From: Tubiluchus corallicola
Lineage: Eukaryota; Animalia; Priapulida
Direction: 5' to 3'
Assembly (NCBI GenBank): GCA_030141605.1
Contig: JAQGDQ010001050.1
Coordinates: forward strand, 1 to 64,000
DNA: 64,000 bases
In this document: positions 1 through 14,300 of the stretch, in pieces
How the letters are laid out: the number at the start of each line of letters is the position of its first letter
Position numbering within the stretch: the stretch's first letter is position 1
Program-made: the position numbers and the translations under genes
The notes under the pieces: model-generated
Databases searched by the model: none
Seen by the model: the letters and a program-made list of their open reading frames with translations, nothing else
Told to the model about the DNA's origin: nothing

Positions 1-70
<70 letters not shown>
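1..70. repeat. (CT)n microsatellite
   Basis: Direct reading. Confidence 0.98.
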
Positions 71-72
<2 letters not shown>

Positions 73-315
73 ATCTCTATCTTTGATCAAAAACTGATTA
101 CACGAGTAAAATATAAGCTTCTCTGCATAGCTGACATCACACGTTGTGCCATTGCTTGAAACAAAACTTAAACCCTCGTGCGGCTTTAATAAAAACTGAC
201 TGTTCGAAACTTAATGCCTTTAACAGACTCTCTGTAGAAAACATGCTGTTTCATACTGGTTTTTCCCTAATACAGGAAAATCAAGAGTCGCCCAGTCTAA
301 TTCATTTACTCTGTC

Positions 316-515
<200 letters not shown>

Positions 516-1422
516 TTCTCTCCGTTTTCTGCAATTCTCGACCAAAAATGTTAAGAAGCTTTTTGAGAGACTAGCCAATTGTACCTTTAATCAAGATTCC
601 AGATGCACTGCTGATTGTAATGCAGTAGGTCTACTCGCAGCGGATAGGAAAATACGTAACAACCATTCATATAACTCTTTGTCTGCTGGGTTTTTTATGA
701 ATGAAAGAGAAAAGTTAATATTCAGGAGACGATGGTGACAATAAATTCCGATATTTACAATAAGTGCTTAAAGTAGGGTTCAGGGTTGGCTCTACCTATA
801 AGCAAACTAGACAGTTGCCTAGGGCGCCAGATTTTGGCAGGCGCCAAATTCTGAAAATAACTCTTCAAAATGTATCTTTATCGCTTTATCTGGTTTGCTA
901 AGATTACGTCATTTAGGGCAGACATTACTCACGTGTTATCTTCCTTTTGCCAGCAGTTTCTATGTTACTTTTTAACTGCTTATAGAATTACCCTTCCGCT
1001 AAATAAAAAATTCTTACAATAGAATTTATCTAATTGCAAAAAAACCAATAAGAATCTGGACGTTATGAAGGAAACGAAACGTCAAAAGCTCGTCAGCCAT
1101 ATTTCAATCCAATTTCAAAATCGAAAACTGGTAATTTAATTTCAAACTCAATCAACACACGCTGTAGATATATAATAAACTACACTTAATTACGATAATA
1201 CACTAAAAACCGCTTAAATATAAATATCTTACATTTCTTGTACATAATAGACATCTCTTTGTATCTCTGTCACAGTTTGTAAATATTGTCTTTTTTGCAT
1301 TTTACCAACATGTTTTATATTATATATATATCTTTATATTTTCATTTAATTAAGAAAAAATTAACAACAAAAAGGAGAATTTTAAAAAATGCAGCTTAAC
1401 ACTCTTCACGTTTCAGGTTCCA

Positions 1423-2097
<675 letters not shown>

Positions 2098-2590
2098 AAC
2101 AACAGTTTAGTCACATATAAAACCCGTAAAACTTACATAATTCTGCCTTTTTTCTTGCTTGATTTTAAGTTTGCTTATTTTAAAAAACCATGTTATAGCC
2201 TTTGAAACTCCATCTTCTAAACACAGATAAACTCGATCATCTTATTGCCAAGATCAGCAACATCAAAACATTCAAATTCATACAACGATATACTTACTAC
2301 ATGGTCCAGGTTGCCAGTGCATGTCATCTTACCAGGTAATGACTTACCTGCAGATTACCGCAGATCAGGCAAGTGAGATTAACAATAAAAGCATTTTTAC
2401 CAGATGCTCGGGTTTTGAAACACACGTCTTCTGTCAAGGTGGTTGTGTGAATAAAATGAAATGAAATAAATACATTGTACGTGATAATCACTAGTAAAAT
2501 TAATTAGTTCTACTATGAATCTCGTTCTTCACTGTGACTACTTAACCTGAGTGCCCATTAGCTTTGTTTGCTGACCTATAAGAGGACCTT

Positions 2591-3377
2591 TGTTGGGCGC
2601 CGAGTAACCCATCAGCCGAAGTAGGACAATTGGCGTACATGGGCTAGCCCAAGTAGTACGCGTTGTACATGTGCTAGCCCAAGTAGGACGCGTCGTACAT
2701 GGGCTGTCCAAGTAGAACACTAGCGACAGGTCGCGAATTGAGTTGTTAAGCGTACTGGCACCTTCCGTTGTCCTTGTTTATGGAATAAGAATAATAATAA
2801 TTAAAAACGTCAATACACATTGAATAATTTATTATACATCTGATAAAATAAACGAACTTTTTTTCTGAGCTGGTATAGTTTGCCGATATTAATCTTCTTT
2901 GAAGTGAAATAAGCGCACTTTTTAGGCGATTCCAACATTTGCTCAACGTATATCATTGTTTATTTTGTCTTGCTTCACAGACAGGTGATTCGTTTCACTC
3001 CCTCTTGGATAAATAATTGTTTTCTACTAGGTAAACGGGCTAGCGAGTTATGTGCTCTACATAGTTTCTCTCTTTAAAGCATTAGATACTTAGTTTAATG
3101 TTATGATGAAATTAATGGAGCTAATAATAATGAAGATATTGTTGTAAAAAATACATTTGTAAATTGTCAAGGACTATCCGTCATTATTATAAGGTTACAT
3201 TTTTTCTAAAACAAATTTAGTTTTATGTTTTATTTTGCCATAAATCTCGATTCTCGACAGAAATCGCTAGTGCCTTACTTGAGCTGCCTATGTACGACAC
3301 TGTTTTTCCGTAAATTAAGCACATACTTTTTACCGGAAGTGTCCTACTTCGGCTAGTTGGTTACTCGGCGCCCAACA
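2591..3377. mobile_element. Non-autonomous TIR element with TGTTG...CAACA termini
   Basis: 38 bp inverted repeats at 2591-2628 and 3340-3377 (35/38 match); three 30 bp subterminal repeats at 2635-2720. Confidence 0.8.
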
Positions 3378-6269
3378 ACATTAGTGACGCGGAAACTGCA
3401 GTCATAGTGAGCCTCTTCGTATGGTGGTTTCATTTCTGAAAGTAATACATTCGTTTCTGTTCTACTCTGCACTGTAACAGCGGCTAATTATTCTCTACTT
3501 GCGTTTTATTTGCTGCCCTTCTGTGTTTTTTCTACGCGCTTGTATCGTTTTTAATGTGATATCCTTTTTAGGTTAGTAATATAAATAAAAAACTTCCAAA
3601 AATTGCATATAATTTTCTTCACCAGAATATAAATTATCTGTCCTTTCTTCACCTGAATATAAACTATATACAGTGGTCGTTTGAAACACTGTATTTTTCT
3701 TTTTCTTCTTTGTTTTGTAATCGCAGGATTTTTTTAATTCATTTTCACTATTCCTGTCATTAAGAATTAATATGTCACAGGAAATGCATATCAAACATTT
3801 AGCCTTGTAACATTAATTAGAATATCTGCATTTTAATGCGGAAGCTTGCGAATTTAATCTTATCTGCCTAAAGTACTGGGCGGCTTGTTTGGAATGTAAG
3901 ATAAACACAATAATATTGCTATTGTGATGAATTTCCTATTACTTTATTGCCCTTTCGAATTAGCTGCTGTATTATGTAACGTGCACTGCAAAAAACAGCT
4001 TAAATGAATGATTCATGTAAAAAATTCAATTTTATTACATGTACATTTTATTAATAATTATTCATTAATAAAAAATAATATTTCTCTGGCTAATTTTAAT
4101 ACACCGCTCAACGCAAGCGAGAATTAGTGGATTCAACACACTTTACTAAGCGATCATCGTTTTGGCAATTGAAGCCATTATCAAGCCAAAAAGAAGAATA
4201 AATAATACATTAATGACACAAAGGCACGGAATGAAACTATGAAACTACAAAACAACAGTTCGGAATTTAACTTATCAAAATAAACTAGACTGCAACCAAA
4301 GAAGTAAACATGTTGATTCTTAGAACTGCAGCTCTTTCGTGTACAGAGTGGATTCTGTTAGCAAACGAAAGTAGAACATTCTGCGCCATCTATAGGAAAA
4401 AATTGACGTTTACCAAAAATTACATGAAAACTATACGCAGATTAACACAATTTAGACTCTAAAGTAAGACACTTTAAGCAAGTAGAAAGTAAAGAGCAAA
4501 ATTTAAACAATGCAGTTGTAATGACAGATACAAACAGTCTATTGTATTGCTAAACATACAATGTAATAATAAGACGCAAAGGCCAGCGGTGGGTGATTGG
4601 GATAGCTTCAACTCTGCATTTAGCATTTTATATACTGTAATGTTCAACATCTCAAGATAGCAGGAGGTCTTCTTATGCATTACGAAGCACCGTCCAATTC
4701 TTAATACGCAACTGTCATCGGTGGTATCTTGTCGCAAATCTATCTGTCTCTGTATTTTGAAATTAGTTTGACTATGTTCCTCAAGTGAAATCATGGGCGC
4801 TGGCACGCGGACGCACGTGCGTCCACAGATTTCTTACGGCTAAATAAAATTTTTTAGCAGTAAAACCAAGACGCACATCAACTCCTTGTTTGTTTGCGCA
4901 ATCCCCGAGCAGTAAGCCGATTTGCATAGTGAAGTTATATTTATGTATGTCACTTACATGGTGTCGATTCTCCTATTGTTTAGACAATTTTTAGCTAACT
5001 GTAACTGCACTTCTGCATTTAGGGGGTGGGCCCAAGGGGTCAGCCCCTCCCCTTTCACGGTAGTAGTGAAATTATTAGCCACGAGTTTGAGGTGATATAA
5101 TGAGTTTTAAACTAGTGAACTTGCCCGAGGAAATAGCTTCTAGCAATTGATTCTGATACTAATTACACAGACACAACTTTCATCTACCCCTCGCCCCTGA
5201 CTTCATAAAACGATTAAAATGAAAATTTGAAAAAAAATTATGTAATGTAATACGTGTTGTTAGTTTTGTAATGTCAAATGTATAAATAGTGTAAATGTAA
5301 TGAGTGAAATTTATGTAATGTAAAGTTTGTTTCTGTTAATTGTGTCATGTCAAATGTATATATAGTGTAAAATATGTCATGTAAAATTTAATGTACTTTT
5401 GTAATATTGTTTTGTGAAAAATATTTTAATGTGGTGTTAGTAAATATGTTCATTTATTGTATATAATTAGGCCTTAGTTTTGCACTTTAGTTTTTTTTTA
5501 GTCTGCACTGGACGCATTTGTCTTGAACAGTGTTATTATTTTAATATTACGCTGAGGCTTACTCAATTTTATTATAATGAGTGAACCATTTTAATGACAA
5601 ATAAAGAATTAATATAAATATATATATAATTGTTTACCTCATAGACATTTGTCTCATAGACATTTTTATTTATCTCCTCATTTACACCAGAATACAAGTA
5701 GACTATTATTGTTATAGTTAATTATTATAAAGGGTAAATTATGCATAAAGGAAAGAGTTAGGGGGTGTAGGAAAAAGGGTAGCGCAAGACCAATTGGTCA
5801 TCAAGGCAGCTACCCTTCTCAGGTTAGTTAACTTGTGAAAAATTTGTAGCACTGCTAATTAAAAGGTGTAATATAGTTATGAAGTAGGTTAGCAAAATCA
5901 ACTGTTAGCATAAATTTATGGGGAAATAAATTAAACAAAATAGCAAAATAACTAAATAGACTAGGCAACAAAGAAGCATTAAAATAAAATGAAAAAATGT
6001 TCTCGTGTTAGGTAAAATTTTACACATTTTTCTGCAATTTCTGCCATTACAACTTCGTTTATTTTGATGAGTTAAATTCTAATCTGTTGTTTTGTAGTTT
6101 CAATTTGTGCCTTTGTACCACTAATCTCTCCTGTTTCTCTATAAATATATCAACAATATTAATTTTCGTTTCAAAAACAATAAGCTTCCACTTCTTAAAT
6201 ACCCCAGTATGAATAACAGAACAATTTAAGAAACATTAGAACGAACAATCAATATGGAAAGAATTCCAT

Positions 6270-6375
6270 TACTAAACAAGCAATACAACTTTGGAATTCA
6301 TTACCGACATCACTAAAACACAGCAGCTCTTTATCAATATTCAAGTTTAAATTAAAAAAAAACATTTAATGACTC
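6270..6375 (+). mobile_element. CR1/L2-type LINE ORF2 C-terminal remnant
   Basis: Reads LWNSLPTSLKHSSSLSIFKFKLKK, typical of CR1/L2 ORF2 ends. Confidence 0.55.
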
Positions 6376-6420
6376 GTTTTAAATATCCGACATACGAACA
6401 CGATGATACTCACTCAAATC

Positions 6421-6590
6421 ATAATTTTATTTTTCCTAGACCTTACTAAACTAGTTTAAATTTTCTTTTTAAATTTCTAGTTGCACTTATAGTTTAGATT
6501 GCACCATAATTTCATTTTTCCTAGACCTTACTAAACTAGTTTATATTTTGTTTTTGAAATTCTAGTTGCGCTTATAGTTCAGCTTGCACC
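6421..6590. repeat. 85 bp tandem duplication
   Basis: 6421-6505 is repeated at 6506-6590 with few changes. Confidence 0.85.
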
Positions 6591-6693
6591 AGACATATTT
6601 GTCCAGAACAGTGTATGTTTTTTATATGAACTAACATTGATTGTCTGTCTTTTATTATGATGGTCAATGTTTTTAAAAGGGCAAATAAAAATT

Positions 6694-6906
<213 letters not shown>

Positions 6907-7954
6907 ACTAATGTAGTATTTGTTCTTCTTTTGGCTCATTTATAATTTGATAATAGCTATGGTAGCCGAAACGAGCGTTGCTCAATAAACACGTTGATTC
7001 CTAGAAGCTGACTATCTCATGTATTCAATAATAAGACTTTCATTAATTATATATCACAGAATCATTTATTTCAATTGTTTGAAATAACAATGATAGGTAT
7101 TAGTAATATACATTATAGGAAAAACATTTCACAAATCTAAAATTGCTTTAGTACAAACTCTCACATTCATAACATTCATATTTTAACTATACATTTTAAG
7201 AGCTCTAACAAATCTTTGGTAACTAACAGTAATTACAAACCCGAACTAAATTCTAACACATAAGAATTGTTTACTAATTAAATCGGATCAGTAGAATGGA
7301 ATGAATTGTTTTCCGTGAGGTGTACAATGGTATGAATCCAATTATAAAGGTATAAAGATGATGCAAAGGAGAGCCACGAAGGATCAGGACAAGAACACTA
7401 GAGATGATATGCAGAGATATCTGAAAAATAAAGATTTTTATATGTGACTCACTTTCATAAACAACCCACAAATTAATGAATGTTATTAAATTTTTATTAG
7501 AAAAATTCTTGACAATATATGCAGTAGAAATGCTGAATTTTTAAAATGAAAATATTTTTATATAGTACGTTCTCTATAGTGCTATTAAATTATTCTAAAA
7601 TTACAAAACTATATGATAGATGTGGTAATGTTATTATGGTTACATTTTAGACAAAGTAGAGCTATCTTTTTCACGTAAAAATAAATCTTAGATTCAAATT
7701 TCAGTTAAGCTCAAGAATGGTAGGATAGCAAAAGTACAAAGATGGCCGGAAATGTCTTAAAGGCACAGAAGAGACAGACAGTACATGATTGTAAAATATG
7801 ATACAAAGATGTGTATATGCAGTTGAACGTAAGGTACTAAATATGTTTACATTTACTAAACACTTTCGCCGGTACAAAATCACCAATAAACAAATTTAAA
7901 TGCAAATAGTAAAAGTAATGGACATGAATCCACCCCACCAACATTTTGCCATAG

Positions 7955-8673
7955 CAGTGGAGTAGCTAATAGTGGAGCAACCACTCCTCCCCGAGAACAT
8001 TTTCTCAGGTGGCGCCTTTTCAACTATTCTTTTAACTTTTTAGTTCACTTGAGCAATAAAAGTAGAGTATTTTTTTGTTTTTCTAATCCCACAACTTTAG
8101 AAGAATTTTCTAGAGTCGTTACTTTAATTATGTACTTCTTTAAAACTGTATTTTTTCCATGTTTTGATTTCAAACACAAATGTATAATAAATGCATTAAA
8201 AATGTTTGGCAAATGTGTAATGGCGCCCTTTTAAGTGATTGCTCCCCCTAACTGTAGACAGGGCCTATTTCAGGCTAAGCGAGGAGGCCCGGGGAAGTGG
8301 GGACTGTGAGGCCCCCTCGGGGGGGGGGGGGGTCACCACCATAGTTGACGCCCAGAACATTTTTGAACTGCTAGAATGCCAGAGCAGCATTTTCGAAGAG
8401 AAAATATGGAGTTATACAGTTGTTAAGGGAAAGAACAATTGAAAGAAAAACTGCTTTATTCTCAAGACCAGTCCTTAATACTTGTCAATACTGGCAATAC
8501 TGGCATGCGGCAAGAGACAGAGAGGGGAGAGAGGAGGCAGTCTGCTCGCATAAAGCCAAAAAATGTTACCTTGGCGCGAGGCCCCCTGGAGGGTGAGGCG
8601 CTGGGGAAGTATCCCCACTTCCCCCCCCCCCCCCTGAAATAGGCCCTGACTGTAGAACCTGAGTACGCCACTG
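7955..8673. mobile_element. Older hAT-like MITE (CAGTGG...CCACTG) hosting a nested insertion
   Basis: Termini CAGTGGAGTA / TACGCCACTG; degenerate 8 bp flanks TGCCATAG / TACCTTAA. Confidence 0.55.
8259..8648. mobile_element. Young hAT-type MITE
   Basis: Perfect 16 bp TIR CAGGGCCTATTTCAGG; perfect 8 bp TSD ACTGTAGA at 8251-58 and 8649-56. Confidence 0.92.
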
Positions 8674-8780
8674 TACCTTAAAATGATCGGAACCCGTAGG
8701 ATTATTTTGCAGGTGTCCCGAAATGTATAAGTTATGCTACTGGTGTGAAATATACAATTTATCTTAACATACTAGCCTAG

Positions 8781-8852
8781 GGCCAGTTACACAAAGCCGT
8801 CACTAAGTTAAAAACGTTGTTAAGTTAGTGATGTCTTTGTGAAACTGGATCT
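8781..8852. repeat. About 70 bp imperfect palindrome (mini-MITE-like hairpin)
   Basis: CCAGTTACACAAAGCCGTCACTAAGTTAA is mirrored by TTAAGTTAGTGATGTCTTTGTGAAACTGG. Confidence 0.7.
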
Positions 8853-9497
8853 AAGTTTTTGTTTAACAAAACACGGCAGGATCTGAATAACAATGGATTA
8901 TCAATATAAATTATTATATTCCAAAGATGTATTAAAATATATGAATTTCCACAGATAACACGTGGAAAACAACGAAGTACATGTCGAAAAACCATGATAT
9001 TGGATATACTATACCAATAAAGACAAAATGTTCAGAAACGTTCGTAATTAACATTCTAATAATCTTCACGGTCAAAATTAAGGTCAAGGTCACTTGCGTT
9101 ACAGACAAAGTTAGAGTTAAGATAAACGTATCGCTAAAGGCACACATATACAGAGGCTTTTGTATATCAGAAATTGTTTAGGTAACAACTATGAAATAAC
9201 AACACCTCGAATAAAACTGTTTTGCAATTTCAATTGCACACAGACATCACAAAAACATTTTCCTAAATATTTATATTACTAGTAAAGAACAAAGATAATT
9301 AAATACTCAAATTACAACACGATCACTGCACACTTGTTTTTTTACGCAAAACTGGCGAGCTTCCAAAAAATGAACCAAAATCTAAATGACAACAATCGAT
9401 AGGTAGAAAATAGCAGGAAAAAATAGTCAGAGGCACTTCATATTTAAAGCTTAGTTCATGTACGCAAGATATTCATTATAATTATTGCAAATGTTAT

Positions 9498-9898
9498 CAG
9501 TGCTGTGCAGTCGGTACATTAAACTCCTGACTCTGGGTCCGGACTCTGCCTCCTAAAATTTTAGATCCAACTTCGACTCCTGCCTTTAAGTAATAGTTGT
9601 AGTACTCTCAATACTTAGCTACAGTGGCATTTCATCACTAGTTCTTATTCTTGAAAAACAGTCTAGCTGCATAGACACCGATACGGAAGCTTCCCAAATG
9701 CGACGTTATGCATAAATGTGTTAAAAGTAACTGGAGTTTGAGTTTGTCTATTTATTACCAACTCCCCTAACAATGAGTGTACTCCCGAGTCCCGACTCAA
9801 AAACCCTAAGTACTAACAACTCTGATTTCAACTCCTTTAGCAGTAAATTTACTGCCCATTCCAACTCTGACTTCACGACTCCCGACTTCACAACTCTA
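9498..9898. mobile_element. Degenerate hAT-like MITE with internal CCGACTCC-like motifs
   Basis: Ends CAGTGCTGTGCAGTCGG / CCGACTTCACAACTCTA; repeated GACTC/AACTC motifs. Confidence 0.5.
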
Positions 9899-10432
9899 AA
9901 TTTTATTAATACGAACGTCTGCGAACCTAATTATAAGTAATATTCGATAAATCGTAAGAAAATCTGATCTTTAAAAGTTAGAAATACAGCATTCATGAAG
10001 TAAGCCATTATAAAACAGTTGTACAGTAGTGTGTATTGAGTTGCGAGTGCAAAAAAAGTACTTTTATGTCAACTCCTGTAATAATTTCTGCTTTTCTTGG
10101 ATGTTTTGCGCTATAAATCTTTAATCAAAAGGCTCAGAAACAGAAAAATTAAGAGTTCAGTTTTTCAACACAAGGGGGACGAAATTGCCAAAATGTCCGC
10201 CCAAGAAACTTTCAATAACTCCGGGGCAGATATTTTAAAACTGTCACAGAATAAAAGAAGAGAGAATCATATACTATTAATCTAAATTGCTGTTTTTCAA
10301 AATTTATGGTACATGGCATTTCCATACTATTCCACCCAGTATCATTTAAAGCACAAGAAAACCCTTCACTTACTTAAGCCTAAAAAATTTGTCTTGATAT
10401 TTTGTACCACTTAACGCACTGCCTTTTTGTAC

Positions 10433-10815
10433 ACAGGGCTCGCGTCAGCAGTAACACTGTATAAAACTTTTAAATTTAAACTCCTGCGATGACTGTTAGA
10501 TGCAGCCATTTTGACGATAAGTCTTTTGAAACAAATTTAGATAACACTGAATAAAGTTTGAAAAGATAATCAGAGCATTCGTAGCACACCTGTTACTAAC
10601 TAAATGAAGTGTTTAATTACTGCATCTTGTCAATAAGATTAAAATTACATTTTTTGGTTTGTGAGTGGCGCACCCTGGAGAGTGAGTCAGTGACATTTTA
10701 TCAATTATTATTTTTAGTTGCATAAATCTTTCCAGCAGTTAAGCGAAATGTTAAGTAATATAGATTTGCATGGAAAGTTGTTTGGGACATAATTTAACAT
10801 TCCCTTTTTCCCCCT
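10433..10815 (+). repeat. Interspersed repeat family E, copy 1
   Basis: Shares CAGGGCT..CAGTAACACT..AAATTTAAACTCC..GCAGCCATT with the copies at 12102 and 47050. Confidence 0.8.
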
Positions 10816-11259
10816 GATTATGTGTATATGACTTCATGTAATGGCGCCGTCAGTACAGTATTGCGGGAGATTTAAAATGAAAACAAACAAAAAATCATTT
10901 CAACGTACAATGTACGCATTAAATTGCTATAAAGTAATATAATTTTTGTGAAACCTATTTTAGCACCCCTTTTCTTCAGGTTACCTTTTTCTTGTCCTTT
11001 AAATAAATACCTGGCGGTCTTCTGTTCCGAGACAAACTATAACTATGCTTACACTACATTAGTAAAGAAACATGCACTGATAAGGCACAAGACAGTTATC
11101 TAAGGTGACTTGAATTTCAAATATGTAAATTTACTCTTCGTAAATCACGTGAAGCATTTCAGTAAATTAATACAAAAAATAGATCACACACAATAAAAAT
11201 ATATACGCCCATCCGAAGCAGTATTCTTCTTAATTTATCCATGCTTACATAGAGCAAAG

Positions 11260-11388
11260 TTACCAAATCGTAGCGCCACCGTCGGATCCTCCAGTCATAA
11301 AATTGCCAGGTTTCTGCGTGACGACGACATTGTGTCCCTGCATGGCAGCTAATTGGGCAGCATTGGGAGCAATCCCAGGTGGTGGCGG
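11260..11388 (-). CDS. DAZAP2: DAZAP2 terminal exon
   Basis: TTGCAG acceptor; 42 codons plus TAA; ends [10 protein letters not shown]. Confidence 0.93.
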   Translation of the reverse strand, partial: PPPPGIAPNAAQLAAMQGHNVVVTQKPGNFMTGGSDGGATIW

Positions 11389-14300
11389 CTGCAACAATAA
11401 CAACTGTTATCGTACTACCATAGACAATAAATCTAATACTCTGACTTACTTTAAAGCACAAGAAAAAGTTGTTCATATACCATATACAGTGCCTCTTAAT
11501 AGCCTCAGGGTTAATAGACTCAATTGCTTAATTGAATGAAAAATGCCTAGTAGGGGCCGCTTCTTTTCAAATGTACATAAAAACTGTTGGTAATTGACTC
11601 AAATAACTCCGCATAATTGACTCCATATTTTTCCTTCACGTACTTAAAATAACACATTTTATTGTGTTATTAACACAAATAACACAAGTAATAACATATG
11701 CCCAAAGAGCCTTTCCTACTTTTAGGTCATCTTGTGCACTATAATATATGTGGAAACAATCATGTTAATTACCGTTTTGTTTGTAAACATGTACGCTTAT
11801 CATGTGCTAATACACTAGTGTAGCGATTTTGCTTTGAATCTGTTAACTGCCCACTGTTACCAAAAGAATTTCTGGGGGAGCTAAACATTTAATCACTTGC
11901 CTAGCGGTTTCCTTCTGATGCTCTCATTGCAAATCACGCTTTCACGCTTAAATAGTTAACAGTCAAAGATGCAGGTGCAGTAATCAGCTAGTATTCCTTG
12001 TGACTTACAAGAGTAAACATCATATAGCAAATAAGGGCATATCATAGAGTTAAGAAGTTTGAAAAACTGGAGCTCAAGCACATCAAGAGCTTGTGTACCA
12101 TGCAGGGCTTGCGTTTGCAGTAACACTGTATAGAACTTCAAAATTTAAACTCCCATGATGACCATTAGGTGCAGCCATTCATTTGAAACAAGTTTAGGTA
12201 ACACTGCATAAAGCTTACAAAATGACCAGAGAATTCGTAACACACTCTTCCCCAACTGAGCAAAAGTTTAAATTACTTTATATTGTCAATAAGATAAATA
12301 ACGTGATTTTGGTGAATCAGTGGTGCACACTGGGATAGTGACACAGTGGTGCACACTGGGATAGCGATGCAGTGCTGTTTTACCAGGTGGCATGAATACT
12401 TTAAATTACTAAGAATTTTCTTTTCCAATTACGTAAGTCTTTAAAACAGCTATGCATAATGCTAAGTAATTTAACTTCATACACGGGTCATTCTCTACAG
12501 AACGCGCAAAACAGATGTGAAAAAATCTGGTAATGACTGGAAAGACGTTCTCAAAATTACTCTGCCCTGTCATTAATAAGGCTGTAAACTGGGGACATAG
12601 GAAAAACTTTCACAGGAACTGATTTCAGCTTCAGTAGAAATGTCTAAATCACTTTTCTGGCAACAAATTCAACTGGAATAAGTCTCTTTGTTTGGTGTCT
12701 ACCAGTCATGAGACAGTATCACACCAGAAACTTTGTTATTTAAAAAAATTATCCTGGGACAAAAATTGTACGTTCTGTGGAGAATGACCCATATAATTTT
12801 TTTGAGACACTTTAACATTGCGCATTCTTTCCCTTTAAATGTGAGCAGACCTGGCTGTTTCACAGATTACGCTCAACCTCCTAAAAGCCCTTCATCCTTT
12901 ATCCAGTTATTCTCAGGTATTGTAAAATAGAATGCCAAAGAGCCGTGCTTACCGGAATGTTTGCCCTAGCTGCCCCATCGAACCTTGCTCCAGCATCGAA
13001 ACCTCCCTGGTGGACGACGGTCACATTCTGCGGCGGAGGAGGCGGTTGCTAGAAAAGAGATACTACTCTAGAATATGAGTATCAGGGATGAGAAAAAACA
13101 AATTGCAAAAAAACTCTGAAACAGGTCGGAGGTTTGGGGGCCGCGTAGGCCCCCATGGGGGTTCAAGGGGGGCAAAACCCCCTCGGAGCCAGCAACAAAT
13201 TGCAATTTTGTGACCATAGAGAGCCTCTAAGTGGACTTAAAATATCAGTTACCTTGTTTCATGCATAATTTAAAATACCCATCTAACAAGGATACATGAT
13301 ACCTAATTTTCTCAAAAACACCTAAGTACTGGCCACTCTTATGCAAAAGTATATAAAAACAGTCTGCAATTGACTCAAATAACTTGCGGTCTACTGCCAA
13401 GTTTGTGAAATAATGTACAGGGTCCGTACAAACTTTCTCAACGAATTTACGCGGTTTACAAAAATGGCACTACTGGTCTTCCAAAAACTCGGAATTCCGC
13501 GTATCCGCGGAAAATTCTCATCCCTGTCACTTACAGTTGTGTTGAAGTATGTGGTAAATTTGCAATAAACAGTAAAATAGTGGGATTTTGTAAAGAATAT
13601 CTTTATTGACAAACAAAAGATATTTATAAACGATAACCATTCTAGTTTATTTAAAGAATTTGCAATACGTTTACTTCGGGCTATATAAATGTCGCTGAAA
13701 TATATTACGAGTAAAAAACATTCAAGACAGGCGCAGGCGAGACAGAAGCGTGGGTTCGTTTCAACAGGGCCCCATAATTTCGTTAGCCTAGTGGTACCAA
13801 AAGTCATAATGTGGCCCTGAAACATGGCCAACTAGGAGAGAAAATGAAAGTCAGCCATTAGAAGAGCACTAAAAAACCAACTGAACTGTTTAAATCACTT
13901 TTCATCATAATATATTTTTTGTCACTTGTCTAAATTAATCTATAATTAGCAAAGGCCCCGCAAAAAATTTTGTGTATAAATGCACTTATAATCAATAATA
14001 TGAGAATGGCCGAAAATGGAACCTCTAACCAACTAGTCGCTACTCCTCTTGGTGGAAGCATCCTAAAATGTAACCCACATCATCGTGTAGCCCTGTTTTT
14101 CCTCTTTCTAAAGAGCTACATGTATTTATATATATCCCTTCCGAGAATTCCGAAAAAAATCACGAGTTGGGTCCGAGACAATGCCTAATACTGGCTCTCC
14201 TACGAATTCTAAATATACCTACTACACCCGTTGTTGAACGGGTGATGTAACCATTACCAGCACCCCCCATCCATTTGCGATTTCTAGAAATAAAAGGTAC

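Noticed and set aside
2341-2351. U1 snRNA 5' end (ACTTACCTG)
   Set aside because: No downstream U1 stem-loops or Sm site; simply a donor on the opposite strand.
11159-11539. ORFs 11159-11476 (-) and 11303-11539 (+)
   Set aside because: Wrong-frame and antisense shadows of the DAZAP2 terminal exon.
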